A stretch of DNA of 64,000 nucleotides from Verrucomicrobiales bacterium (GCA_031411295.1 JANOAV010000033.1:22246-86245), one strand, 5' to 3'; positions 32,282-42,761 are shown, counted from the stretch's first letter. Notes: a model not told the origin generated them from the sequence alone. A program made the numbers and translations.

Positions 32282-32536
32282 GGCTGAAGGTGGCGCTGGT
32301 CTCCTGGTGGGGTCCTCGGCAGGCTCCGTTCAAGGACGCGGTGGGAGCGGATGCCGCCCTTAATTTGTAGCGGTTTGCCCCCTGCTGAGCATCTGGAGAA
32401 AAATGAAATGCCTGTCACTAGAGTCACGCTTCAGCGCATCTTGCAAGGCTTAAGGAACGTTGCACTTATGATGAGCGCAAACTAAGCGGGCAAATCTCTT
32501 GCCAGACCGCGTGGTTGCGATAAAATTTCCAGAATC

Positions 32537-33079
32537 ATGCAGTGTGACGTTTGCCAAGATAAAGCCGCTACGGTGTTCCTCTCCCAGATTCTGAAGGGAG
32601 AGGTGCACAAGGTGAACCTGTGCCAAGCGTGCGCCAAGGCACAGAACGTGACCGATCCCACCGGCTTTGCCCTGGCCGAGATGCTCTGGGGCATGGGATC
32701 CCACGAATCCCTAGCCCAACCCAAGGAGAAATCCTGCCCGGCCTGCGGTCTGCCGCACCACGTCTTCCGGAAGTCGGGGCGGTTGGGATGCAGTCACTGC
32801 TATCAAATCTTCGCTGATAACGTGGGGAATCTCCTCAAGACGATGCACAAGGGAACGCAGCACACCGGGAAGAAGCCATTCGGTTGGCAACCGACAGTTC
32901 CCCCACCCTTAATCCCGGAAATCCCAGCTGCGTCCGTCAAAACAGATTTCGCGTCCAACATCAATCAACTCTTGGAAGCGCTCCATTTGGCCGTGGCCAA
33001 AGAACAGTATGAAGAGGCCGCCCGCCTGCGCGATGAAATTTCCCGCATGGAAACCGCCGCCACCAAATTGACGGCCTAA
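32537..33079 (+). CDS. mcsA: McsA, activator of protein arginine kinase
   Basis: Four CxxC motifs, GRLGC..CY and H.GK.P, and a C-terminal UVR motif (EQYEEAARLRD). Confidence 0.9.
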   Translation: MQCDVCQDKAATVFLSQILKGEVHKVNLCQACAKAQNVTDPTGFALAEMLWGMGSHESLAQPKEKSCPACGLPHHVFRKSGRLGCSHCYQIFADNVGNLLKTMHKGTQHTGKKPFGWQPTVPPPLIPEIPAASVKTDFASNINQLLEALHLAVAKEQYEEAARLRDEISRMETAATKLTA

Positions 33080-33120
33080 GTCGGCTAACCTTTGTCCCTT
33101 TCGGTCGAAATTTTAACATC

Positions 33121-34191
33121 ATGCAATTCAGCGCCCTGCTTCGTCAAACCCCCGAATGGATGCAAACCAGCGGCCCGCATCGGGACATCGTGATCACCAG
33201 TCGCATCCGCTTGGCGCGGAATCTGGTGGATGTGCCCTTTCCCGGTTGGGCCAAGAAAGAACAACGCAGCGCGCTGATGGCCGAACTGCAACCACAGGTG
33301 GCCTCCCTGCCGGAAATGGAGGACGCCTTCGTGGAAGACATGGCGAACCTGTCCCAGATCGAGAAGCAAGTCCTCGTGGAGAAACATCTCATCAGCCGCG
33401 AGCAAGCCGCCAAGAGCAACGGTAGCGCAGCCGTGATCAACAAGGCCCAGACGATCTCCATCATGATCAACGAGGAGGATCATCTCCGCATGCAGAGCAT
33501 CTGCTCCGGCCTGGATCTCCAGACCGCCTTTGCCGCCTTGGATCGGGTGGACAATGAACTGTCCGAGAAAGTCCCGTTCGCCTACGATGCGCAGCTTGGT
33601 TTCCTCACCGCCTGCCCAACGAATCTGGGCACTGGCATGCGCGCGTCCGCCATGCTCCATCTGCCTGGACTGGTGCTCAGCGAATCCATGGCGCAGGTAA
33701 ATTCAGCGGTGCAGAAAATCGGTCTGGCCGTGCGCGGCCTTTACGGAGAAGGCACGGAAGCGCTGGCCAACTTGTTCCAGATCTCCAATCAACATACGTT
33801 AGGCGACAGCGAAGCCACCTTGATCGCCCGCCTGGAAAAGGTCATCGAACAAATCATCTCCCACGAACGCAACGCCCGCACCAAGCTGCTCCAGGAGCAA
33901 CCGACCAAGGTCAGCGATCACGTGGGCCGGGCTTACGCCATCCTGCGCTATGCCCACATTTTGGAGAGCAAGGAAGCCCTAACCCACTTGAGCATGCTCC
34001 GGCTCGGATCGGATCTGGGCTTGGTGCCGCACGATTACGGCAAGATGCTCGACTCCGTGCTCGTGGACATCCAACCGGCACATTTGCAGATCGCCTCCAA
34101 GAAGCGCCTCAACTCCACTGAACGGGATATCCTCCGCGCGCAGATGCTGCGGGAGAAACTACAGTCGCTGCCAGAGCCGAAGTTAGTTTGA
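33121..34191 (+). CDS. mcsB: Protein arginine kinase
   Basis: SRIRLARN, MINEEDHLR, ACPTNLGTGMRAS.MLHLP and QISNQ.TLG motifs. Confidence 0.93.
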   Translation: MQFSALLRQTPEWMQTSGPHRDIVITSRIRLARNLVDVPFPGWAKKEQRSALMAELQPQVASLPEMEDAFVEDMANLSQIEKQVLVEKHLISREQAAKSNGSAAVINKAQTISIMINEEDHLRMQSICSGLDLQTAFAALDRVDNELSEKVPFAYDAQLGFLTACPTNLGTGMRASAMLHLPGLVLSESMAQVNSAVQKIGLAVRGLYGEGTEALANLFQISNQHTLGDSEATLIARLEKVIEQIISHERNARTKLLQEQPTKVSDHVGRAYAILRYAHILESKEALTHLSMLRLGSDLGLVPHDYGKMLDSVLVDIQPAHLQIASKKRLNSTERDILRAQMLREKLQSLPEPKLV

Positions 34192-36957
34192 TTTCGGAAC
34201 CGCCCGTCGCAGACGCACCCATTCGCTGATTTCTGCCAGCGGAATGATGAATTCGCCCAACCAAGATTCGAGGTGCACGCCGTCCATTTCCAAACGTGAA
34301 TTGGTCCCGGAAAGGCAGCCGCCGTGGCGCAGGCGAACGCAGCAGGGAGCATCCGACTTGGGGGTAGTGCGTGGCGCGAACACCACGGCACTAATGCGCT
34401 TGAGGGGAATTTCCAAGACTCCGAATTCCGGCGTGTCCAGATGCCAGGCCTCGTTGGCGAAACGGTAGGATTGGGCGAGCACGTTATCTCCGTTGTTCAG
34501 CGCCACCCACGGATGCTCCGGGGTCGGCTGGGCTTGTTCTGAGAGCAATCCAGGCGAGGGATGAATCCAAACGTTGCTCACCGCCAGATCAGTCGTGGGG
34601 CGACTGGCCATGGGGAGCCAACAGAGTTTTCTGATTTCTTTCAGCGGACGGTTGGCATTCAATCTGCACACCCCCACCTCTTTGCCCTCGCTGCTAATAG
34701 CAATACGCTTGCTCAGCGGATCGAAAATAAACTGGAAGTGACGCAGCTTACTCAAGGATCGATCCGCCGATGGGATGACAAAGCTGTAGGATTCACTGCG
34801 GCCCATGCCGGCAAATGCCCCCGCATTCCTTCCTTCTGCAACGCGGGAAATCCTGATGGTGGAGGTGGTAGCATAGATGCTGAACAGCAACACGTCCTCC
34901 TCCCCATACAACTGCGCGCTGTATTCTCCCCACGGCATGGTAAACGCTATGGCCACAGCGGACTTGATTTCCGGGATCTGCAAACTCAGGAGTTCCGAAC
35001 GGTTAGGAACTTGATACAACGTGGGGATACTATGTTCACCGTCAAAATATTTGACCACCCGAGCCTGTGATCGCTCGAAGCTGTAAGCGCGGCGGACCGG
35101 GTTGTAGATGCGCGACGCCAACTCCCAATCGGCCGTGGGACCACCCGCCACGATGGTCTGCGCGGCGGGCGGATGGTGAATCGCTTGCACTTCTTTCCTT
35201 GGCACCATGAAGGCCGCCCGATACGCCGTGCGTAACTCCAACTGTTCCTCCTGCAGGTTCAGCAACTGGGCGCTCAGCCAGTCCCCATTCTGGAATGCCA
35301 CCACCGTGGAGAACTCCGGCTGCGCAGCCACCGGGCGGCTCAGGAGCTTGATCCCCGCCAGGCCATCCACGAGGAAACTCGACACCGTGGGCGAAGCCGG
35401 AACTTTCCAACGCACCTGCCCCGCCTCCTGCATGGCCAGCCACGTGCCGGGCAGTTGGGAGCCATCGGGAAAGGTGATGACGTCCTGATGCCATGCCATC
35501 TCCAAGGAAGCGGACCAAGGAGTCGCCCGCGGGAGCGCCATGCTGCGCACCGCCGTCAACGGCAGCGTCAGGGTGATCCCGGCGGCGGATTTCATTGCCA
35601 GATTCCCTTGATCCAGCTTTACCGTGGACGCTCCAATGCAGCCACCGGCCACGGTGGTGATGCGATACTCCGGCAGCACGGCAGCCACGGCGGGGCCTGC
35701 GAAATGCAGGTGAAACGGCTCCGTTCGGAGAATGCTAGTGCCATCGCTCAACTGAATTTCCGTGGCGGAAATCCGCTTGATGCGACTCGATACAATCCGC
35801 TGCGCCCCAATCTCCACAGTGTCCTCTGCCACCACCGTAAGCGACTTGGGAGGCACCAATCCAAGCCAGGGACTAACCCTCATATGCGAAAACTCACACC
35901 CCCCGCGCCCGATGAAACTCATCGACCGACCCAGCCGCTCCATGGCGCGGACGGGCACCTTGCTAACATCGAACCGACCCAGGTAAACTCCGCCGCGGAC
36001 GATCTCGAAGCGACCTTCCGCAAGGTCGCCATAGATCGCGTGATGCACTGGTGGCGTGCCCTCCATGAAGTAGAGCGGTTGCCGGAGCACAGGGGTGTTA
36101 ATCCATTGCCCATCATACTGCGAAAGGGAGAGCGCATTGTTTTCCACCAGGAGGGAGACATAACCATAGCTAACCGAGCCTTCCGCAGAAGCGCGGAACA
36201 GGGACAGCGCGAAGTCCGTCTGGTTGGTATCGAATTCGAGCAGGAAACGAATGGGCCAGTTGAAACTCTGCGCCACTGCGCCCCGCTCCAGCTTGGGATC
36301 CACCATCCATCCGTGATCCGTCGGCTGACACGAAGACGCCGGATAAGGGGACCAATTCCCCTGATGGTTGGCCGTGCAGACGAAGCCCTCGCTTGGTTCC
36401 GCAGTGTGCACCAACTCAGCCACGGCGGCTCTGGGGAAAGTCACCTCCCCGCCGCCCATCACCTGACATGTCAGTTGGTCATCCTCCAGGGTCGCCTCCG
36501 TCAAGGGAAGCGTGGTGCCGTCCCGTAATAACAGATGCAATTGCTTTCCTTCGGACTTGGCGGGATGATCCAAGGAAATGTCTGCCACCGCCGTCAAATT
36601 AAGCGTCACCTCCGGGCCCGTCGAGAGCTTCGCCAGCACCTCGCCATCCTGCAGGCGAATCGGCTCGGCCGGGATCTCCGTGCCATCCACCAACCGAATC
36701 CGATTAGGACCAACCGGCTCTGCGCCATACTTCGTGGTCGAGGAAGAGAATTGCACCACCCCAGGCTTACGCTCGGACTTCACCGATGGCATGGACAGCA
36801 ACGGCAGCACCTTCGGCTGCGGCCCGACCTGGATGCGGCGCAATGGCACCTGCCCCCATGAAGTTGCTGCCAGCAGAAACCCCAAGCCGACCCAACGGCA
36901 AAGCTTACCGGAATTTAGCGGCATAGTGAACAGTGCATGGAATGGTGATGGAGACAT
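34183..36957 (-). CDS. Large secreted hypothetical protein with repeated small beta modules
   Basis: Signal-like N-terminus; recurring L.DG..L / NGD.L.....L motifs. The start codon is uncertain (36957 or 36924). Confidence 0.6.
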   Translation of the reverse strand: MSPSPFHALFTMPLNSGKLCRWVGLGFLLAATSWGQVPLRRIQVGPQPKVLPLLSMPSVKSERKPGVVQFSSSTTKYGAEPVGPNRIRLVDGTEIPAEPIRLQDGEVLAKLSTGPEVTLNLTAVADISLDHPAKSEGKQLHLLLRDGTTLPLTEATLEDDQLTCQVMGGGEVTFPRAAVAELVHTAEPSEGFVCTANHQGNWSPYPASSCQPTDHGWMVDPKLERGAVAQSFNWPIRFLLEFDTNQTDFALSLFRASAEGSVSYGYVSLLVENNALSLSQYDGQWINTPVLRQPLYFMEGTPPVHHAIYGDLAEGRFEIVRGGVYLGRFDVSKVPVRAMERLGRSMSFIGRGGCEFSHMRVSPWLGLVPPKSLTVVAEDTVEIGAQRIVSSRIKRISATEIQLSDGTSILRTEPFHLHFAGPAVAAVLPEYRITTVAGGCIGASTVKLDQGNLAMKSAAGITLTLPLTAVRSMALPRATPWSASLEMAWHQDVITFPDGSQLPGTWLAMQEAGQVRWKVPASPTVSSFLVDGLAGIKLLSRPVAAQPEFSTVVAFQNGDWLSAQLLNLQEEQLELRTAYRAAFMVPRKEVQAIHHPPAAQTIVAGGPTADWELASRIYNPVRRAYSFERSQARVVKYFDGEHSIPTLYQVPNRSELLSLQIPEIKSAVAIAFTMPWGEYSAQLYGEEDVLLFSIYATTSTIRISRVAEGRNAGAFAGMGRSESYSFVIPSADRSLSKLRHFQFIFDPLSKRIAISSEGKEVGVCRLNANRPLKEIRKLCWLPMASRPTTDLAVSNVWIHPSPGLLSEQAQPTPEHPWVALNNGDNVLAQSYRFANEAWHLDTPEFGVLEIPLKRISAVVFAPRTTPKSDAPCCVRLRHGGCLSGTNSRLEMDGVHLESWLGEFIIPLAEISEWVRLRRAVPKSN

Positions 36958-37099
36958 CGGAAAAGTCCTGACGCCGCATAGATAGCGGCAGCGCCACCGA
37001 CTCGTCAATCACCATGTTAAGCAGGGTGTTGAGTTTGAGTGAACCATTATCCAGTTTACACCCTTGAGGTCAGGCCTCCCGCCAAGCATCGCCATCGCA

Positions 37100-38650
37100 C
37101 TAGGTTGTTAGTGGCGAGTCTTCCGCAGGCACGCTCAAATGGTTTGCTCGCAATTCCTGGTGTAAAAATTTAGCCGCGACAGCGCCACGCAGACCGCCAG
37201 AGGAATGGGATACCACCGCCAGGCAGCGAGAATTGTGCTGGGTCTCGGTGGAGTCTAGGAGGAGATCAATGCGTCCGGTTAGCTCCGTGGTCAAAGACAC
37301 CACCCCGACGTAGCGAGGTAGCACAACGTGATCCAAGAAGCGATCCAACTGGGACTGATTGGCCAACCGATACGGCCCGTGGATGAGCGACTCCACATAG
37401 ACTGGACCCCGGAGGAATTGGATTGCCAAGAGGGCGGTCACATCGTCCCGTGGTTTGCCGAGACGCTTGGCAACCATCGCCCGCAAGGCATCGGAGGCCA
37501 TGCCACCGATGACTCGCAACTCCAGAAAAGAGAGGTGAATTTTGGGATAAGTGGGAATCAAAATATGCGTAACGGTCCATTCCTCAAATACCTGATTACT
37601 CTCATCAACTCCGTGGATCTGCAAAATGAGGGCGGATTTGGTGTGGTCAACCGGAGCTAACAGGTAAGGTCCTCGGCGGTCATCATGAAGATGGAGACCT
37701 TCCAAGGAGGAGGCATCTTCAGCAATGCCGAACTTAGGCACCAGTTCCAACGCGGGCGAAATCCTCGAACCAGTAACAGCCACTGCGTGATGCACCCCAT
37801 TCCGCTGCATCACCAGAATGGGGACCATCCGGGAACGCAGAGCGGCGTGGATTACCGCTAGGGAGACGTAGCGTTCCTTGGCTGCAACCAAGCAAGGCGC
37901 TATCCCCAGGGACTGCATGGAGGAACACATCTGCTCCAGGCTCAAGCCTTCCGATGGAATAGCACGCCCATTCGGGAGTTGGGACTGGGTGGCCAAGCGG
38001 GTTATTTGAACCGGAGTGGGGCTTCGCAGATTTTCCGAGCCCCGCAGATAGTGCAGTGAGGCCCAAATGGCGGTAGTGGCACAAGCGCTGACGCCGTAAT
38101 CCTGTTGCTGAAATGGAATTCCGGAAACAGTTAGTTCCAACCCTTTGAGATGCACCCGGGTGGGCAAGAGCCCAGGAAAGTGCGAGTGTTTGCCTTCCTT
38201 GGCTCGGAGAACCGTCCTCCCCACTGGTGCCCCATGCATGGGCTTGATGACGGAAAATCCCAAGTAATGTTCGCTACTGAACTGCTCACAGGCTGCACGA
38301 TACAAGGCGGCTCCGGCCTGTGCTTTTTCTAGAACTGTCTCCATCGCAACCTTCAGTTCCGTCTCAGCCAGATTGAAAAAGTGCAATCTCCGACAGGTGT
38401 TGCTGTAGGAACGAAGGCTCTTGGAGTAATAGACGCTGTGGTCTTCAACGTGGTGTCTGTCAATGCATTCCAATTCCAGCGCCATGGATTTGCCGCCCAA
38501 AGTCGCAACGTAAGAACGAATGTAATTTAGTTGCCTGAAGGGATCGCCAGGGTGGAACGCGGGCTTTGCCAACTCAAGCAATTTCTCAAGGTCAGTGCTT
38601 GCATCAAACGCATACAACAAAGTATTCCCCATTGGCACAACGTCGGACAA
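37100..38650 (-). CDS. Hypothetical protein with a papain-like (C39-like) cysteine peptidase core
   Basis: QQQDYGVSACATTAIW (Gln and Cys), HHAVAVTG (His) and LHDDRRGPY (Asp); no signal peptide. Confidence 0.65.
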   Translation of the reverse strand: MSDVVPMGNTLLYAFDASTDLEKLLELAKPAFHPGDPFRQLNYIRSYVATLGGKSMALELECIDRHHVEDHSVYYSKSLRSYSNTCRRLHFFNLAETELKVAMETVLEKAQAGAALYRAACEQFSSEHYLGFSVIKPMHGAPVGRTVLRAKEGKHSHFPGLLPTRVHLKGLELTVSGIPFQQQDYGVSACATTAIWASLHYLRGSENLRSPTPVQITRLATQSQLPNGRAIPSEGLSLEQMCSSMQSLGIAPCLVAAKERYVSLAVIHAALRSRMVPILVMQRNGVHHAVAVTGSRISPALELVPKFGIAEDASSLEGLHLHDDRRGPYLLAPVDHTKSALILQIHGVDESNQVFEEWTVTHILIPTYPKIHLSFLELRVIGGMASDALRAMVAKRLGKPRDDVTALLAIQFLRGPVYVESLIHGPYRLANQSQLDRFLDHVVLPRYVGVVSLTTELTGRIDLLLDSTETQHNSRCLAVVSHSSGGLRGAVAAKFLHQELRANHLSVPAEDSPLTT

Positions 38651-38659
38651 CGGGTGAAC

Positions 38660-38857
38660 TTATTCGCGGCAGTCGATGCGGACCGCAAAATCCGCTTCCG
38701 TTAGTTGTCCGGCTTCTTGGTTGTGGACATACCATTGTTGCCGCTCAACGCGACAGGCCTCAATCTCCTGAGCAATCTGAGCTCTAAATTCAGGATCTTC
38801 GAGCCAAGCATCATCCATTTCGGTTTCTGGAGTTAGAGAAGGAGGATCAGAGATCAT
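38660..38857 (-). CDS. Small acidic hypothetical protein (about 65 aa) immediately upstream of the peptidase-like gene
   Basis: Ends 9 bp before the next start codon; preceded by a sigma70-like promoter. Confidence 0.55.
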   Translation of the reverse strand: MISDPPSLTPETEMDDAWLEDPEFRAQIAQEIEACRVERQQWYVHNQEAGQLTEADFAVRIDCRE

Positions 38858-38891
38858 GGCAAATAAAGAACTGGAGGTTTGTAAGGCGCGC

Positions 38892-38919
38892 ATCCTACAC
38901 AGGCGTAGGCTTAGGGCAA
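38892..38919 (-). promoter_or_regulatory. Putative sigma70 promoter TTGCCC-16-TAGGAT
   Basis: Minus strand reads TTGCCC taagcctacgcctgtg TAGGAT, in an AT-rich intergenic region. Confidence 0.4.
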
Positions 38920-39156
38920 GATTTTTTAGATAGTTCAGTCATTTTTTCTCAATGATGAGAAGCTTGGGTTCATCTTCAAAGGCGGCACCCGAAATTTAAC
39001 CATTTAAAACAATTCGTGTCCATGAATTTTTTACACATGAGGTGTTTACCTTGGATCATCTCAGATTCGATCTGAGTGGCAGCTTTCATGCCTTATCCAG
39101 ATAATGCTGTGGCGACCGAGCGTGTGCACGGTTGTCAGGTCGGTTATCCGGCCAGC

Positions 39157-40206
39157 TCACCCCCCAACCCGTGGCAGCGTTACGGTGAGCGTGGTCCAAC
39201 CGTCTGGGGCGCTGTGGAAATTTACGGTGCCGTGATGGGACTCGACCACCCAGCGCACAATGTTCAGGCCCAAGCCAGTGCCTTCCGGGCTCTGGGCCTG
39301 GCCGTGGTTCCCCCGGAAGAAGCGCTCGAAGACTTTGGCTTGCTGCTCTGGGGGAAGTTGCATGGAGGTGTTCCCTATCGTTAGGACCACAGCTTCCTCA
39401 GCCTGTGCCAGCACGATGCGGAGCAAGCCCTTGGGCACGTTATACTTTACGGCGTTATCAATCAAGTTGAGGAGCAGTTGGCGCAGGCGCAGGGGATCTC
39501 CGTCCACGGTGAGCCCCGGGGAGATGGCTGTTTCCACGCGGATCTGGTTGAGGCTAGCCAGCGTCAGGGCATCATCCGTGGCATCTTCGACCAAGGAGGA
39601 CAGGTTGACTGGTTTGATCTGAATTTCCACCAAGCCTGCGTCCGCCTTACTGAGAAATGTTAACTGATCCACGATCCGCGCCAGACGGTCAATTTCATCG
39701 ACCAGATTCTCCAGCCATGGACGCTGTTGCTCAGCGATGGGCACCGCTCCGTTGAGGGCGGTCTCGATATCCGCCCGGATGATCGTCAGCGGCGTTTTCA
39801 GTTCGTGGGATGCTGCCAGGGTGAATTCCCGCACTTGAAGGAAGGAAGTTTGCAGTCGTTGCCGCATGTCGTTAAAGACCAGCGTCAGGCGGTCGAATTC
39901 ATCGCCATTGCCGGAACGGGGGATGATTTCTGCGAGATTGTCCGCCTCCGTGCGAGCCGCCGCCTCAGTGATGGCTTGCAACTGGTCCAACGACCGACGG
40001 GAGAGCCACCAGCCGCCCCCCAGTGCCAGCAAGGCCATGGGCAGAGCCAGTCCCAAGGCAAAGATACCAATCTCCTTACTGCGTTCCGCATTGTAAATTT
40101 TATGATCCCGCAGGCGCAGTTCCCGGTAGGCATGCGCACTGATGATGCCGGTGCACATGATCAAGGAAATGGTATACCAAATGCTGAGGCGTTTCCGAAC
40201 GGTCAT
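39157..40206 (-). CDS. HAMP-domain sensor histidine kinase
   Basis: SHELKTPL H-box, NLIDNAVKY, FERFFRG and GTGLGL motifs; two transmembrane helices. Confidence 0.92.
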   Translation of the reverse strand: MTVRKRLSIWYTISLIMCTGIISAHAYRELRLRDHKIYNAERSKEIGIFALGLALPMALLALGGGWWLSRRSLDQLQAITEAAARTEADNLAEIIPRSGNGDEFDRLTLVFNDMRQRLQTSFLQVREFTLAASHELKTPLTIIRADIETALNGAVPIAEQQRPWLENLVDEIDRLARIVDQLTFLSKADAGLVEIQIKPVNLSSLVEDATDDALTLASLNQIRVETAISPGLTVDGDPLRLRQLLLNLIDNAVKYNVPKGLLRIVLAQAEEAVVLTIGNTSMQLPPEQQAKVFERFFRGNHGQAQSPEGTGLGLNIVRWVVESHHGTVNFHSAPDGWTTLTVTLPRVGG

Positions 40207-40221
40207 GGCTGATACGGCAGG

Positions 40222-40935
40222 CTAGACCACAATGGAGTAACCGGTGCCGCGGACCGTTTCCAGAATGGGACGCTCCTCCGTATGCCCCAGCTTCTCCCGC
40301 AGCCGGCGGATGGTCACATCGACAATATTGGTGCCGGGGTCGAAATCATAGTCCCAGACTTTCTCCAGCAAGAGGGTGCGGCTGCAGACTTGGCCGGCCC
40401 GGCGCATGAGGCACTCCAGCAGGCGGTATTCACGTCCCGTCAATTCCACTTTGCGGCCATCACTGTCTGCGGTGCGGGTGTTGGTATCCAGCGAGAGATG
40501 GGCTGCCCGCAGCAGGATGGATTTGGCTTCCCCGCCCCGCCGCATCAGCGCCTGCAGGCGGGCGGTGAGTTCTTCCAGGGCGAAGGGCTTGGGCAAATAG
40601 TCATCCGCTCCGGCTTGCAGTCCTTCGACTCGCTCGCTCACATGACTCCGAGCCGACAGCAGCAGGACGGGGACGGAATTCCCGCCGCTGCGCAATTGCC
40701 GCAGCACACTGAGTCCGTCCAACTGGGGCAGCATGATGTCCAAGACCACCGCATCGAAAGCCTCCTCGGAGGCAAGGCGCAGGCCGTCCAAACCGTTGTG
40801 GGCCAGGACTACTTCCATTTTATGTGACTCTAGAGAAGTCCGAATGAAATTGGCCATTTTCTTCTCATCTTCGACGACCAAAATTCTCCCTCCGCTCCAT
40901 CCTTTTACTTCGGTGGCAGATTCTGGTGCTTGCAT
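40222..40935 (-). CDS. OmpR-family response regulator
   Basis: ILVVEDE, LDIMLP, GADDYLPKPF and ETVRGTGY motifs. The start codon is uncertain. Confidence 0.92.
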   Translation of the reverse strand: MQAPESATEVKGWSGGRILVVEDEKKMANFIRTSLESHKMEVVLAHNGLDGLRLASEEAFDAVVLDIMLPQLDGLSVLRQLRSGGNSVPVLLLSARSHVSERVEGLQAGADDYLPKPFALEELTARLQALMRRGGEAKSILLRAAHLSLDTNTRTADSDGRKVELTGREYRLLECLMRRAGQVCSRTLLLEKVWDYDFDPGTNIVDVTIRRLREKLGHTEERPILETVRGTGYSIVV

Positions 40936-40972
40936 GAGCCCTCCTCCGGTCTCAGATTTCTTTTTTATCATC

Positions 40973-41743
40973 ATGCGTCACCTTATCCCCATCCTCGGTC
41001 TGCTCCAATGTCTTTTCTGCCATTTTTCATGGGGGGAGGAAAACTCCGCTTACCAGGCCGTGAGTGTCCAGCACGGCGGGCAGGAATACCACTACCGACT
41101 GCTGCGTCCCACCGCTGCGACGGGGAAATTTCCGCTCGTGGTGTTCCTCCATGGCGCGGGGGAACGCGGGACGGACAACCTGGCCCAATTGAAATTTCTA
41201 CCGAAGGCGCTGGGAGGCGAACTCCGCCCGAAGTTCCCCTTCTTCGTGCTGGCTCCGCAATGCGCTCCTGGTCAGCAGTGGGTGAACGCACCCTGGGGGG
41301 ACAAGCAGTGCACCCCCATGGCGGAAAAGCCTTCAGTAATGCTGGGAAATGCCATCGCAGCCTTGGAACAGACGCGGAAAGACCCGCAGGTGGACCAGAG
41401 TCGGATTTATCTCACCGGGATCAGTATGGGTGGGTATGGCACGTGGGAGCTGGCCATGCGGCATCCCAATTGGTTTGCGGCCGTGGTGCCGATCTGCGGC
41501 GGCGGGGATGAGGCCAAGGCGGCCGTGCTCAAGGATCTGCCGCTTTGGGTCTTTCACGGTGGCGCGGACACGGTCGTGTGGCCGGAACGCTCCCAGCGGA
41601 TGATCGATGCCATCTCTTCCGCTGGTGGGAAACCCCAATTCTCTCTCCTCCCCGGGGTCGGGCACAATTCCTGGGAGCCAGCCTATGCCCTCCCCAGCGG
41701 CTTGCTGGACTGGCTTTTTTCCCAGCGCCAGCAGGGAAAGTGA
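40973..41743 (+). CDS. Secreted alpha/beta hydrolase (phospholipase/carboxylesterase-like)
   Basis: Signal peptide; FLHGAGERG, GISMGG, FHG..D.VV and GHNSW motifs. Confidence 0.88.
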   Translation: MRHLIPILGLLQCLFCHFSWGEENSAYQAVSVQHGGQEYHYRLLRPTAATGKFPLVVFLHGAGERGTDNLAQLKFLPKALGGELRPKFPFFVLAPQCAPGQQWVNAPWGDKQCTPMAEKPSVMLGNAIAALEQTRKDPQVDQSRIYLTGISMGGYGTWELAMRHPNWFAAVVPICGGGDEAKAAVLKDLPLWVFHGGADTVVWPERSQRMIDAISSAGGKPQFSLLPGVGHNSWEPAYALPSGLLDWLFSQRQQGK

Positions 41744-41831
41744 TCCCGGGCCGGTAACGATAATTTCTTGCCAACCCGGGGCAACACAAGTAGAGGATTT
41801 CCCTACCGTAATTAATTCGGCCCTCTCCCTC

Positions 41832-42761
41832 ATGATTGAAACGCAAAATCTCACTAAACAATTCGTCGGGCGCAATGCCGTGGACAACATCAGCTTCGAA
41901 CTGAAGCGCGGGGAAATCGTGGGCTTTCTGGGACCCAATGGGGCCGGCAAAACGACCACCATGCGGATGATCACGGGCTACCTGCCAGCCACCGCCGGCA
42001 CCGTCCGGGTGGCCGGATATGATATTTTCACCGACTCGCTCAAGGCCCGTCGGGAAATTGGCTACATGCCAGAATCGGTGCCGCTCTACGACGACATGCG
42101 GGTGAAGGAATATCTTACGTTCCGCGGCAAGCTCAAAGGCCTGCGCGGGGCGGGCGTGAGCGATAATGTCAATCGCGTGCTGGATCTCTGCACGCTGGGC
42201 GAAGTGCGGAATCGTCTGATCGGCACCCTCTCCAAGGGCTTCCGGCAACGGGTGGGCTTGGCGGATGCGCTGGTCCACAAGCCTGCGCTGCTGATTCTGG
42301 ATGAGCCTACGAATGGCCTGGATCCGAACCAAACCCGCCAAGTGCGCACGCTGATCGGGCAGTTAGGCTCGGAGCATACCATCCTCATTTCCACCCACTT
42401 GTTAAATGAAGTGGAAATGATCTGCGGTCGCGTCATCATCATCGACAAAGGCAAGATCAAGGCGGACGACAAGCCGGAGAACTTGATTCAACAACTGCGC
42501 GCCAGTGGGGCGCTGCGATTGGAAATCAAGGCTGAGCCGACCGTGGCGCAGAAGAAAATTGCCGCGGTGCCCGGAGTGCGTCGGGCGGTGCAGGAGCTGC
42601 TGCCCGATGGCTGGTTGCTCTATCAAATCAAGGTGGATCCCGGAGCCGACGTGCGGGAGGCGCTGCATGAGCTAGCCAATTCCCACAAGTGGCCGCTGCG
42701 CGAGCTTTCGCTCCGTGGCGTGACCCTGGAGGATGTCTTCGTCGAACTCACCCAGCGTTAA
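41832..42761 (+). CDS. ABC transporter ATP-binding protein (GldA-like)
   Basis: GPNGAGKTT, LSKGFRQRVG and LDEPTNGLDP motifs. Confidence 0.92.
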   Translation: MIETQNLTKQFVGRNAVDNISFELKRGEIVGFLGPNGAGKTTTMRMITGYLPATAGTVRVAGYDIFTDSLKARREIGYMPESVPLYDDMRVKEYLTFRGKLKGLRGAGVSDNVNRVLDLCTLGEVRNRLIGTLSKGFRQRVGLADALVHKPALLILDEPTNGLDPNQTRQVRTLIGQLGSEHTILISTHLLNEVEMICGRVIIIDKGKIKADDKPENLIQQLRASGALRLEIKAEPTVAQKKIAAVPGVRRAVQELLPDGWLLYQIKVDPGADVREALHELANSHKWPLRELSLRGVTLEDVFVELTQR

